Below, one piece after another: positions 12,301-24,188 of a stretch of DNA of 64,000 nucleotides. Below the pieces are notes generated by a model. The model did no database searches, was not told where the DNA came from, and was given only the letters and a program-made list of their open reading frames with translations. The stretch comes from Styela clava (Eukaryota), in NCBI RefSeq assembly GCF_964204865.1, contig NC_135252.1:11160001-11224000 (forward strand). The letters run 5' to 3'. Both the position numbers and the translations under genes were made by a program. Numbering within the stretch: the stretch's first letter is position 1; each line of letters opens with the position of its first letter.

Positions 12301-14726
12301 TTTTGTGGATTGTATCGTGATCTTTATTTTTTTTTTACCTTTTATAGAAAAAATAAAATACTATTCCGATGACAGCAATTAAAACAAACACTCCAACGAC
12401 TGCGCCGGCTATGGGACCTACAAATAAAAATAAAAATAAAATCGTTAAATATATGGTAGTAATGATTTTAATCGGTATTATTTATCGTTCAGAAGGACCA
12501 AAATGAATAAAAAAGTTTCCATTCAAAAATATTGCTTTCTACACATGCATGCTTTGAGTCTCATGATCACGTTTATAAAGTGAATTATCTGAGTTTTTAT
12601 GAATACGCAATTACATTTTTCTAAAGTCACATCATAAACAACAACTACTATTAGAAAGAATTGTTGTAAAATTGGATTGCACTATTAGTTTTTGAAATAC
12701 CATTTGCAGACTTATACAAAAATACGCATTGTTTGCCAATATAAGGGTCAGCTATGTATTCTCAACTTTAGCATTTTCATTACATATTTGCTATCTACTC
12801 AGAAAGAAACAACGTTGTTTAAAAATTTCATCATATAGGTCTCGATTCCAAATTCTTGTTCAAAAGGTGATGTAGTAAAAATGTATATTCATATTCAAAT
12901 TACAACCATCTCAATCATGATTCATTCACTGCTATTGCACAACATTTTTCTATTAACTCTACATATTTGTATACATGTACATGCATGATATTCTTGTTTA
13001 CTAATTACCGGCATTATTGGGTGAATTTCCCATAGTTGATGGTATTGTCTGCGTTGTTTTGCCCAGATCGTTGGTTGCTGTGGAAATTCATGAACTGTAA
13101 ATTGGCTCATTATATAAATAAAAATGAAAAATAAAAAAATGGAACCTTTGATACTATAGAAAGTAAATTCTAGATTATGAAATTAGTAAATAATTGTGGC
13201 TTATAGATGCATGTTGTGAAACTAGCAATTGTATCTGACATGTTTATGACACTGCGTAAACTTCACAAAATGGATATGTTTTTGCTAACACTTCTCACAT
13301 TTAAATTAATACCTTCGTTTACTGTCGTCCCAGATGTTGTTATTGGTATTGACCATTTACTTGTTTCATATGTGTTAGTTGTTATAGATATTGTTCCCGT
13401 TTTATCTACAATTTATTGAACATTGGAAATGTATTGATTCAGTGGAAAAATTATTTGTTTGCATTTAATATGGTACAAAAAATAAAAATATCAAACGTCA
13501 AGGCATTTCGTGTTTGCTTTTGTCAAATAACATTTTATAGTCCCGACTCCTGGTTTGTGGAATTATATTTCTGTCATAGAATATATATATCAGTAAAAAA
13601 GATATTAAATTATATCACTATTAATTTGCAAATAATTAATTTTATATTGTCTATATAAATCATATGTGTTCATACCGCTGGTGTGTTCTGTTGACGGAGA
13701 AGATGTTGGATTACACTCCGGTACCGTTGATGTACTGGGTGTACTTGATGAAGCTGTTTGTTTGAATATAAAAAGAAGTTGTTAAAGAAAGGTTCTCGAT
13801 AAAATAGTCATGTAAAATATAGCGTTTGACCTGGCTATGTTAGCGTAGTATGTTGAAAATTTCAGCTGAAACCCTATCCCTATCACCTATCGTGGGGTAT
13901 AATAAAATAGGTAGGCAAGGCACAAGCGAGATACTTTCTTCAATTCTTTTTGAAAAGTGGCACTTTAAGTATCAGTGACATTCAGGAATTTGTTCGGAAA
14001 GAAAATGTGAAAACGTATCATGACAAGATATTATAGGCTTTAGATTCCCTTAATTATTATTTCTGTTTTTAATTTTTACAATCTTACGTTTAAATATAAG
14101 TTTCAATTGCCTAATCTAAGTCATTTGATGGTTTTCGAGCTCTGAGATAAAAATAAAAAAAATCCTAATATTCAATCAAAGTACAAAATATGTTAAATTA
14201 ACTGAGAATTAGACATAAATTGTTTGTTTTGATGAAACGTGATTTTCATATTTAAAGAATTCACACCAGACTTACCTATTACGCATACTAGTAAATCTCT
14301 CTCTCCATAGTTTGAAGATGTATTGACTTTACATGAATATTCACCGGAATCTGTCAATGCTACATGCTTAGGAAAATATATTCCCCCGTTGGTTTGATAA
14401 ACAGAACAGGACTGACTTTTGCTAACTTCGACATTATCTTTCCACCAACTTATTGATGATGTTGATGAGGAATATGAACACCTTATGGAATTGGAATTTG
14501 TATCGAAGTTGTCGGTATCCAATTTGAAATAGTCGGTATTCGGATTAAAAGTAATATCTGTTATAAGATAAAACGAATGTTGTTGATCACTATAGCACAG
14601 AAGACACATAGGTCAAAATATTTGCAACTTACCGCCACTGATATCATCTGAATATATTTCCGAAAACAAATGAAAACCAATTAATAAGATGATTATGTTC
14701 AATGAATTATTGGCGTACTTCAACAT
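9380..14726 (-). CDS. Receptor B: signal peptide - single Ig domain - Ser/Thr stalk - TM - long tail with ITIM/ITSM-like tyrosine motifs (~429 aa, 13 exons)
   Basis: Exons 14726-14633 (signal); 14557-14276 (Ig: C..SWWK..DSGEYSC); 13753-13676, 13405-13313, 13077-13009 (stalk); 12417-12339 (TM GPIAGAVVGVFVLIAVIGIVFYFFYKR); 12266-12228, 11908-11822, 11542-11441, 11002-10877, 10490-10377, 9846-9778, 9437-9380 (tail). All introns are GT-AG and the 1290 nt are in frame. Motifs: DPYEEV, NEYASI, MFYAEL, SNYQQL, ASYAVL, TEYQQL, VLYNRL, GLYTMV. Confidence 0.85.
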
Positions 14727-15813
14727 TTGTTTGTCGCTTGTTCACTCGTCCTTCGCTATTCTTCACCTTGTATACATTCTATGCTTCATTTGAATATTAT
14801 CACCAAAACATCTAGATTTGATCACTATTAAAAGATTGAGATGCAAAATCAGATCAGATATTAAAAAAGCATTGTCAATTTTAATAAAATTATGATCTGA
14901 ATTCTGAACATGCGCACACTAAATATTGAACGAAAAACTTTTTTGTTTTATCGGCTCATCCTGAAAATTACTAAATCAGCTATGCCAAACCAAAAATCTG
15001 AATCACTTAGTGCAATTAATCGGATGCCAATCATATTCCAGCACTCTTGCCTCCGTCTGTTATTAACAAACTTTATATTCTGCACAGCTAATGGACATTT
15101 GATCTATATTTACCTACACGAAGATTAACTTTACCCATCCAACTAATAACATTTATTTTACAAATACATCTATTGCAAGGCATAGGCAGAGTGCATTTTT
15201 ATCTAATTTGGCTCCAAGTAAGTATTCAATGATTCATTAAGAAACTATCTTTAGTTTTAGACCATTTAAGAATCAAACGCTAAAATAACACAAACAAGCT
15301 AAATAAACTGTGTGAATGTGGTATGCTGCAATTAAAATAGCAAACGTTTACTGGCATTTTCAATACCTCCTTTTTTCGTTTATAGTGAAAGTGCAAATAA
15401 TTCACTGATCTTAATATTCAAATCCCATTCTACACGATTTGTTATTGCTTGATTCAGGCTAAAACTGAATATTTAACCGATGCCAAACTTCATTCATTAC
15501 TATATAAATAAAAGCACTCAAGTAGTTTCTGTACATCGAATTTCACTAAACTCGAATTAAAATTCTGTTGGCGCCTTTTTGGTATGCTTTTAATTTCATG
15601 AAAACATTCTCATAGAATTCAGTTCCCAGCCCTAACCTAATCTAAAAAATCACTGAGATCACACAACCGCTGAGATCGTCCCACTAAACCATTCTGTTTA
15701 TCACAACCTGTAATGCATTTTTTTAATCCTATAATAAGGTACTTTTTGGATCGGACTAAAACATTACATATAGTCTAACCTTAATTAATACCATTGCTTG
15801 GCAAACAAATTTA

Positions 15814-15923
15814 GGTACTCCTGAAGTATGCGCACCAAGATGTGGCATAACCTGAACCCTAACCTGGTACACAACCTGATTTCAGGTTGTGCGCCATCTT
15901 GGTGCGCATATTTCAGGAGGTCA
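15814..15923. mobile_element. 110-bp palindromic MITE (Merlin-like termini)
   Basis: Arms CTCCTGAAGTATGCGCACCAAGATG / CATCTTGGTGCGCATATTTCAGGAG; starts GGTAC; flanked by direct repeat CAAATTTA. Confidence 0.85.
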
Positions 15924-16013
15924 CAAATTTATTACAAAAGTGGTATAAATATGAGCAGAGCACTAGACCGATCATAGCTCCTAACTAGATCTGGGATCCC
16001 AATAACCTATATG

Positions 16014-16642
16014 TAGGGCTGGGAATGGTTAACCGGTTAATAGGTTAACCGATTTTAAATGGTTAACGGTTACGATTTATTTTAACCTTTTATTTTAACT
16101 GACATCTCAGGTACAAATCATCTTTATAATGTACATTTTTTTCAAAAATGATTACGTCATCGCAAATTTATTTCAGTGGCGTTTAATTCAGAAAAATATC
16201 ACTAACTGTATTGGTAAGGACCGAATAAATGTGAAAAATAATTCAAAATTGCTAAATATGAAAATTTGACAATGATAAATTCAGAATCACTTTTCAGTCG
16301 AAATATATTGTTCACGATTTTATTGAAAAATCGTATATTCAATGTCATCCAACAATTGCGCAGTTGATGCTGTTTTTCCTCATGATATCTCAGAGTAGAA
16401 CTTGCACGCCCGAAGAACGCTGTATATCTCTTGCAGCAGAGCGATCATGAAACTATCTCCATTCGTGAATAATTTTGAGCGATACCGGGACAAGATCACG
16501 CGAAATTGTTTTGTAACCATTGTGACGTAACAAGCTAAAATCATAAATTATTACGTCAAACGTCACGCTGCGGTTTATCGGTCAACCGGTTAATTTCACC
16601 CTGTTGACGGTTAAAGTGTTTCCCCCGAAATTCCCAGACCTA
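16014..16642. mobile_element. hAT-like non-autonomous element
   Basis: TIRs TAGGGCTGGGAAT / ATTCCCAGACCTA with subterminal GGTTAACCG-type repeats at both ends; TSD not evident. Confidence 0.65.
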
Positions 16643-19600
16643 ATGTACAGACAACATACTAGCCTTTTAAGATGAGACATCCCCCTATCCTTTTAGTAAT
16701 ACACTTGCACTCAATACTCCACTACCTAACAATTTTAAGAATATCTGCTATAGACGTTTGAGATTACTATTGCTCAGAAACAATTTTTCACGCTTGTACA
16801 GTGATAGGTGTAGTATTTAGACACGTTTTCGATGTGATGAGGCGTACTACAGGTATGACTAATCAGCTTGCGCGCAATTACATTACCCTCATTTGGTCAA
16901 AAAGGGAAGCATCATATTTTGTTATCTCCGCTATGTATTGTTTAAACAGCCAATATTTGACTTTGTGCCTCATATAGATTTTTGCTTACAGAGGGTAACT
17001 ACTTTCATTTTGTTGCCTGTTGACGAAACATGATAAGATGAATTTGTGTTGTGTCGTATATAAGCGTATAATAAAAGTTGATTTTCATTCTCTTTATTGC
17101 ATATTTACTTGTACAAAGAGAACATATGTTCAATAAAACTGTTCTAGCTAAAATATTCATCAATAGAATCAGAGTCTTTTCAAACTATGAATTGAACTTG
17201 TCTCATGTACCAGCTTCCAGAACGAATTTTTCAATTCAAATTTTAGGACATAATTTCCAAGAGAATAGGTTTGATAATTATGTCGACGGAGGGGGAAATC
17301 GATAAGATGGCTTACCGTAGCTTTTCGGCCGACTAACAGAACATGCCGCCGATAGGAGTTGTTGACTATTTTTCTATATAATACATGCCCTACAACTTTC
17401 AAATGCATAGACGTTTGCTAAAAAGTAAAAAGAAATAAATCAAAAGCTGACAACTAAAGCAGCCTGAGCCGACAAGAAGTTCAACATCTTTTTCATATTA
17501 GTTCTGCACGCATTGCAATGCAGCGCGAAAATCAAAATGAAGAGGACAATAATCAGGCAACTATAAGAAATATGAACTGATAAAGGATTAGTGGTATTTT
17601 GTGTAATACAGTCACTTACTAAATTACGAAATAAAATGAACACAATACTTTACTGAATAAAAAACGTGTCGCGGGGACAGTCTGTTTGTCTAATAGCCTA
17701 CATAGGCCAACACAGAATTAGTATTCAAAACTCATTGCAAATCCTGGCTCGTTACTTTTTCAAATCAAAATTTTTCTGTTAAAAACAACAATTTTACAAA
17801 TTAATTTTATTATGCAATTATTTAACGCATTTTTGTACGAAACATGACAAAACAACAAAAGTAATTAAACCGTGTATATGGTGGATACACCATACCTGAA
17901 GTTACATATATATATTTAATATCCTTTTGCATTTTTTGTCATACCTTATTCAGTACAATTTCCGTATTTCATTTTTGAAATCACGTCTAAAACTTGAGAT
18001 TTTTTAATATATAAAATTGAAACTAGAAGCGATATTCTACAGTTTTACACCAGTGCTATTCCGCGATCTATCGATGCTTATTTGCTGGCTCTTATAAATC
18101 TCTCAGTTTGAAAAACAGAGTTTCTTGGATAAATGTTTTTATTGAATATGTTTCGAAACTGAAAAAGAAAGGCAAACAAATGTGATGAAATAGGATATTC
18201 AGTATTGTTCAGAGTTGCAAATACATGAGCAGTAAAATTATTAATTTCTCTTCGTTTAATATTTGCTATTAAAATCCGTTGTTGTTGTTTTCCTCTCTTT
18301 TTAGCTATTTGCTTGAATGTATGGTTTATTGTAATATAATAAAGTTCATTCCTTGCCCTATAAATCACAAATTCAATTGTGCTTTTTTTTTTATCTAAGC
18401 ACGTGCTCTTTTGAACTTATCGTTATAGGTGATATTGGTACAAAAGCACCTTTACATAACGAACAAATGTCTGCTAATAATTGCACTCAAAAACAGGAAT
18501 GGCTGAATTAAGAATAAATCACAAAAGTGAAAGTAAACTGTCACGGTTGAAAAGACAAAAATAACAAACTTTATTTGCCATAACAAAATTCAAATCACCC
18601 AAAATATACACATATATATCTACATAGCATATGCCATGTTATCATTAAAAATTTATGGCCCGTATTAAAGATTGCAATTATCTATCGGAAAATTCTGTTC
18701 ATTGAGTACAATTATACTATCAAAATAGGCACAGCTGCAATGGCCAAAATTCAAGGCAAGTTGTGCATCTGATATGCTAAATGATGATTATTAATTGAGA
18801 AATTTCTATATTAGACCTTAAAAAACAGTTAAAATCTTCAATCTTATATTAATTATTAGAAATATTATCAAAGTTGAAATATGTGATTATTTGCGGCAGC
18901 CTTTTTCAAATTATGGAGGTAGGTAGAATTAAAAAAACATCACCTCAGATTTATACAGTAAAAGTTACATTATTTTTCAAATGAACTTGGTTATATTACG
19001 ATACTTATGCGATATCGAAGGAAGTACCACAATATAGAAAATGCGACAGTGTAAGTATTTTACTAGTTTTGAACGTGTTGTTCAACTCTTATGCGATATT
19101 CTGTCAGCCCTTATTGTAATTGGAACAATCTCTCTGCATGCAACAAAATTACCTGGATTGTGGTATTTGATCAAATATATTTCATAAGTATATTAAATTT
19201 CATGTTTACTGTAATGAATTATAGTAAAATATACGGCGTCAGATACACCTACATTATATATATTTTAATTTTTTCGTATATTGAAAACTGATACAAGAAC
19301 AATACAGAAAATATAATTTTATTGATTGCACAAAATTGTATAGTTTCTTTCTTTAAATCATCTGAACTAGGTTGGATCATCTGCAAAAAAATATAACAAT
19401 GATTTATTTCTAAACTATTTTTGAAGTTTTGGGCAATGAATTAGTAACTTAACCGAAAACTTGTCTGAATATAATATTCAAACTGGTAATGAGGATTTCA
19501 TGGTTTACAAGTCAGTTGAGAGGTTTGCTAAGAAAGCAATGGTGATGCAATCAATTAGGTCAACACTAAATTATATTAACACAATTTAATACTACCAATT

Positions 19601-20014
19601 TGAAACTAAATTCTAATCTGATGGAAAAAAATAATAATTATGTAGGAAAAATATCTTTTTATTAGATTTGATTCAAAACAATTCTTTCAATTAACATTAT
19701 GTTATGCCCTGGACTGTTATTGCGCAGGACTTAAATTAAGATGTTAATTTAGTTATTTTTAATGATATGGTATTTTATTAGAATTCAGCATCATTTAAAT
19801 GCTACTAAATGATTGTAGTCTCTAATTGAGATGATCGAATTTAATCCCACATGTCAAATTACATGCTTATCTTTATATCAGTGGTCAAGTATAACATTGG
19901 AGTTTGGTTGGTAATAATATTAGAATTTGACTTCTACAAATTTAGTGTAACAAGCTAAAATATTTACCTCATGAACTCCATCATATGTCAGTATGATAAT
20001 ATACTTTGTATTTT

Positions 20015-23000
20015 CTAAGCGTTTTCATACTCATAAATAATTTTCTCCTGGTTTTTGTTCAAGCTGCGAAAACATAAACGTAACATAGTAAAGAACGGTT
20101 TCGAAACAACCAAATTAATTGATCTTTTTTCTTACTTTTCATAATACGGTGGCCGTTCGGAGATATTTGGATTGTGTGTAATATATGCACTAGGTTCATA
20201 CCCGTCTTCTTCGATGACATTTGAATATGTTCTAGAATGATTTTGGTTGAAAATTAGTTCACTATAAAATTATATTTGACGTCAAATGTTTTTGATAATG
20301 TAGAAGATATCTTATTCAGACACCTGCAAGATATCTTATTCAGACATCTTGTTTGCTTGTTATGATTTAGTCTAGAAAATTATTGTGTTTATCAAACTGC
20401 AGTTCGCGAAAATGCCGTTTGAGTGTGCATCCACGATTGAGATACATGTTTTCAAGTGGTTTAGATTTTGTTCCTAAAAATAATTAATGTATAAATTTTA
20501 CCTATTGCCCTCTGAGGTATTATTGGACGCAGTTGGTGGATTAGACGAAATCTCGTGATAATGTAGGGATTCCTCAAGCACAACATCCGATTCAGGAACA
20601 TTTTTCGGTGATCTATATTGAAATTAAATAATTAGATTCAAAATTGAACTGACTTTAGCATTATTATTTTGTATAAACTACACGCCTTATTAACAGTTTC
20701 AGTGTGATTAACTAAACTAAACAGCGATTGAAAGAACATTTCGATTTTTTGTTCTAACATCATCAAAATTCAGAAATAAAAGATACATACTCTTAACATT
20801 GTATCTCTGGAGTAAAATTATATAACATTTGTTTTTGCTATTGTAACTTATTTGATTGCTGGCAATGAATTAAAAATAAACAACTGTTTGTTGCTATTAT
20901 CTTTCATGCCTAATCATCAATAACTAACTCACACGACGTTCCGTTCCGTGGGTTCGTTTGTTTTCCTTCATGACAATAAAATATTATTGTGAAATAAAAG
21001 TTACTTACAGAAATGTACCGTGATCTAAATTTTTTGTTTTACCTTTTATGGAAATAAAATACAATTCCGATGATGGCAATCAACACCACTACTCCTACGG
21101 CTGCGCCTGCTATGAGGCCTGCAGATATAAAAGTATATTGAATATTTGAAGAACAATATTTTAAATGGTATTACTTACCAAGCAGAAAGCAGCGGTATCA
21201 AACATTTAAAGCACGACATGTTAATATCACGAATGGTCACAAAAATTGCTGAAAACATCGCCCTTGGTTATTGTGCGATTCTTTTACAACCATCTCGGCC
21301 GAGGTGATTTTCTAACATTCAATATTATTTCACACCATTTTTTATCAGCTCCACATACATGAACATATATGCATATACACACATTCGGTAATTACCGGTA
21401 TTGTTGGGTAAATTTTCTGTTGTTGATTTTATTTTCTGCGTTGTTTCGCTCAGATTCGTCTTGCTTGTTTCTGTGGAAAATAAAAATCTCTGATTGTCTA
21501 AATATATATATATATATACGACGAATGGAAAATGGGACCATCGATTAATTAAAAATGCTTCTCGAATGCCTGTTTTGTATTATTTTTACAATTTTACCCT
21601 TGGAAGAAACCAAATAACATCGACCTAAATGCAGTATATTATTTTAATTTTAAATTGTTATGAATATATTCACCAAGAAGTGAGAACGGCGAGTCTTAGT
21701 TTATCACTTATCGATCTCGATAAGTATGTTGATAGGTATTTGTCTGTCTGTTTGTTTGTCTGTTAGATGCACGCGATATCTCACAAAAGCAAAGTTGGAT
21801 CTACTCCAAATTTTGCATGTGCATTCATCATATCCCGGACCAGAAGTCTATTGATTTTGGAAGATTTATGTCATATAATTAGCAGTTATTCATTAATTAG
21901 TGATGGAACACACGATGTCGCTAAGGAGTGAGAGTGGATTAATCGAAACTGCAGTTTCTGTTTTGGGGGATCCCCTAACTTTCGATCGATAAGTTTTCGG
22001 TCTCCGACCGATATTCTCGTTTTATAATTGGCTCATTAATGATTACTGCAAAACTTGGAATTGTACTCGTACAAGTTTTTCCAACGCGTAGACAAGGGCT
22101 CTTCAACCTGGAGGTCTCGACCGATCGGGGGGCCACAAAAGGAATCAATGGGAGTCGCGGTGATATATTTGTTGCACTAACTCATGTTGAAAAAAAATTT
22201 CCATCAAGTTTTAAAGATTTGTAACCTGTACTGAGAGGCACCAAGACATGATTAGATTTTTTGTGCGAAAATAAATAAGCAAGCCTGTCTCATCAAAAGC
22301 ATTGTCAGTTTTTTCAATATTTTCTGTATTATTAAATTTCACTTCATTTTTAACTTTGTTCCTGGCGGTCGCGAAAAATTTGGCCGCGCCGAGTGGATCG
22401 TGATGAAAAAAGTTTGAAAACACTGGCTTAGACAAAAATCTCTTTTAACAATCGGTTGATATTTATGTCCTGACAGACACAATTGGAATTCGAATACATA
22501 CCTGCATTCACTGTCGTTATGGTTATTGACGATCTTGTCGTTTCATTCACGTCTTTGAAAGGAGTAGATGTTGGATTACAAGCTGGGACCGTGGATGAAG
22601 ACGGTGTACTTGCTGAAGCTGTATGTTTGCATGCAAGAAAACAATTCAATTCGCTAAAGAATATTCTCAGGTCAATAGTTAGTATTGGAATATGGCGTTG
22701 GACTTGGCCATGTAGGCGTCGTATGTTTACGGGTCGAAATCCAATCCACCTCATCAGAATATGATAAATAGGGTAGACAATACGGATCCGAAAAGCTTCC
22801 AACCTTTCTTAAAATGCTGCTCTTTGCATATCAGTGACGCCTAACCAGATAGAATGGATTAAAATATTAACATAACATTATATTAAATATATCGATAAGA
22901 AGATAAAATTAGACACCTGCTATTAGTTCAATGAAATTAGAGCAAAAACTATATATATATATATATATATAGATGATTAGTTAACCGGAAGAACTCATAT

Positions 23001-23815
23001 TTCCCAATACAAAACAAAATGTATCTGAGGATGGCCTCCAGCGTTTTTATACAAACTCTGATAAATATATATTACTGATGACGTTGAAAATATTTTAGAA
23101 TTTACCTATAATGCATACTAATAAATTTTTCTCTCCAAGGTTAGAAGATGCATTGACTTTACATGAATAATCACCGGAATCTGTCAGTGCTACATGTCCA
23201 GGAAAATATATTCTCCCGTTGACTTGATAAGCAGAATCGAACTGACGTCCGCTAACTTCGACACTGCCTTTCCACCAGCTTATTGAGGTTGATGAGGAAT
23301 ATGAACATATTACGGAATTGTGGTTTATATCGAAGTTGTCGATATCCAACTCGAGATAGTCGCTATCCGGATGGAATAGAATATCTGATTATAAACATGT
23401 TGAGTTGCAATTTAGCACAGATAATTTCAAAATTTTGTTATCATGTTTCAACAAACTTCATTCTACGTGGGAGATATTTTTGCAATGTTGGTTTGGGGCT
23501 CAGAATTGTGTGTAAGCCAATACAAAGAATAAAACTCATCATATGTAAGGAACTCACATTAAGTACGTTACCGATCTTAATAAAGCACATAAGATGAATT
23601 GTCCCTCATATTTTTTTATATTTCAGTTAGTCACTTTTACATTCTGAGCGAAACGGTTTAATTTTGATAAAATAAAGGAAAAGAATCCATGGGGACATTC
23701 ATGTAAATTGTGTACAGTACTTGCCTCCACTTATATCAGCGCAATTTGTATCCGAATGAGTAAAAATGAAATATAAGATAACAGCACATGAACCTATGTT
23801 CTTTTGCTTCCACAT
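20015..23815 (-). CDS. Receptor C: signal peptide - single Ig domain - Ser/Thr stalk - TM - tail with one ITIM-like and three YxN motifs (~308 aa, 9 coding exons)
   Basis: Exons 23815-23725 (signal; GC donor GCAAGT); 23384-23106 (Ig: C..SWWK..DSGDYSC); 22618-22502; 21470-21396; 21118-21043 (TM GLIAGAAVGVVVLIAIIGIVFYFHKR); 20965-20933; 20612-20502 (LHYHEI); 20231-20136 (TYSNV, GYEPS, PYYE); 20063-20015 (NL..IIYEYENA*). 927 nt in frame. Possible 3'UTR exon from 19380 with AATAAA near 19320. Confidence 0.85.
21670..22021. mobile_element. Helentron-associated (HINE/DINE-1-like) interspersed element
   Basis: Internal (TGTC/TGTT)n microsatellite, TTATCGATC / GATCGATAA subterminal inverted repeat, 3' hairpin TCGGTCTCCGACCGA followed by a T-run. 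Confidence 0.55.
22093..22425. mobile_element. Degenerate hAT-like MITE
   Basis: Ends CAAGGGCTCTTCAACCT / AGTTTGAAAACACTG with subterminal GGTCGCG-like motifs. Confidence 0.5.
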
Positions 23816-24188
23816 TTAGGATGCTCCCTAGAATATACTTAAGTTTTTATCTTTAGATTATACCCAACTAATTTGCAAGCTTTGAAAAAATTTAAGAACA
23901 AGTGAGTCAAAGTAAGAAAATATGTTGGCATAAGTTTAAACATAAAATGTTTCCTTCACAAATTTTGTTCATTTCAACTTGGCGGCAAGTCCTTTCAATG
24001 CCACACAGTTTGATTCGACAGGTAATAATATATTTGATGATATAGTTACAGAACATACATATTATAAGGCGTTTAATCGAAAATATAGTTGAACATTTCA
24101 TAAAATTTTATTTTATTTTAACAACATCACACTCTTTTTTTAATTCTGCTTAACATACATATTCTGTAACATTACTCGCTAGTTCATT

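Noticed and set aside
12294-12321. Micro-exon candidate between the TM and first tail exon
   Set aside because: It would require an intron of only ~17 nt; direct splicing is already in frame.
17440-17643. Hydrophobic signal-like ORF between genes B and C
   Set aside because: No suitable ATG and donor pair, and no downstream family exons found.
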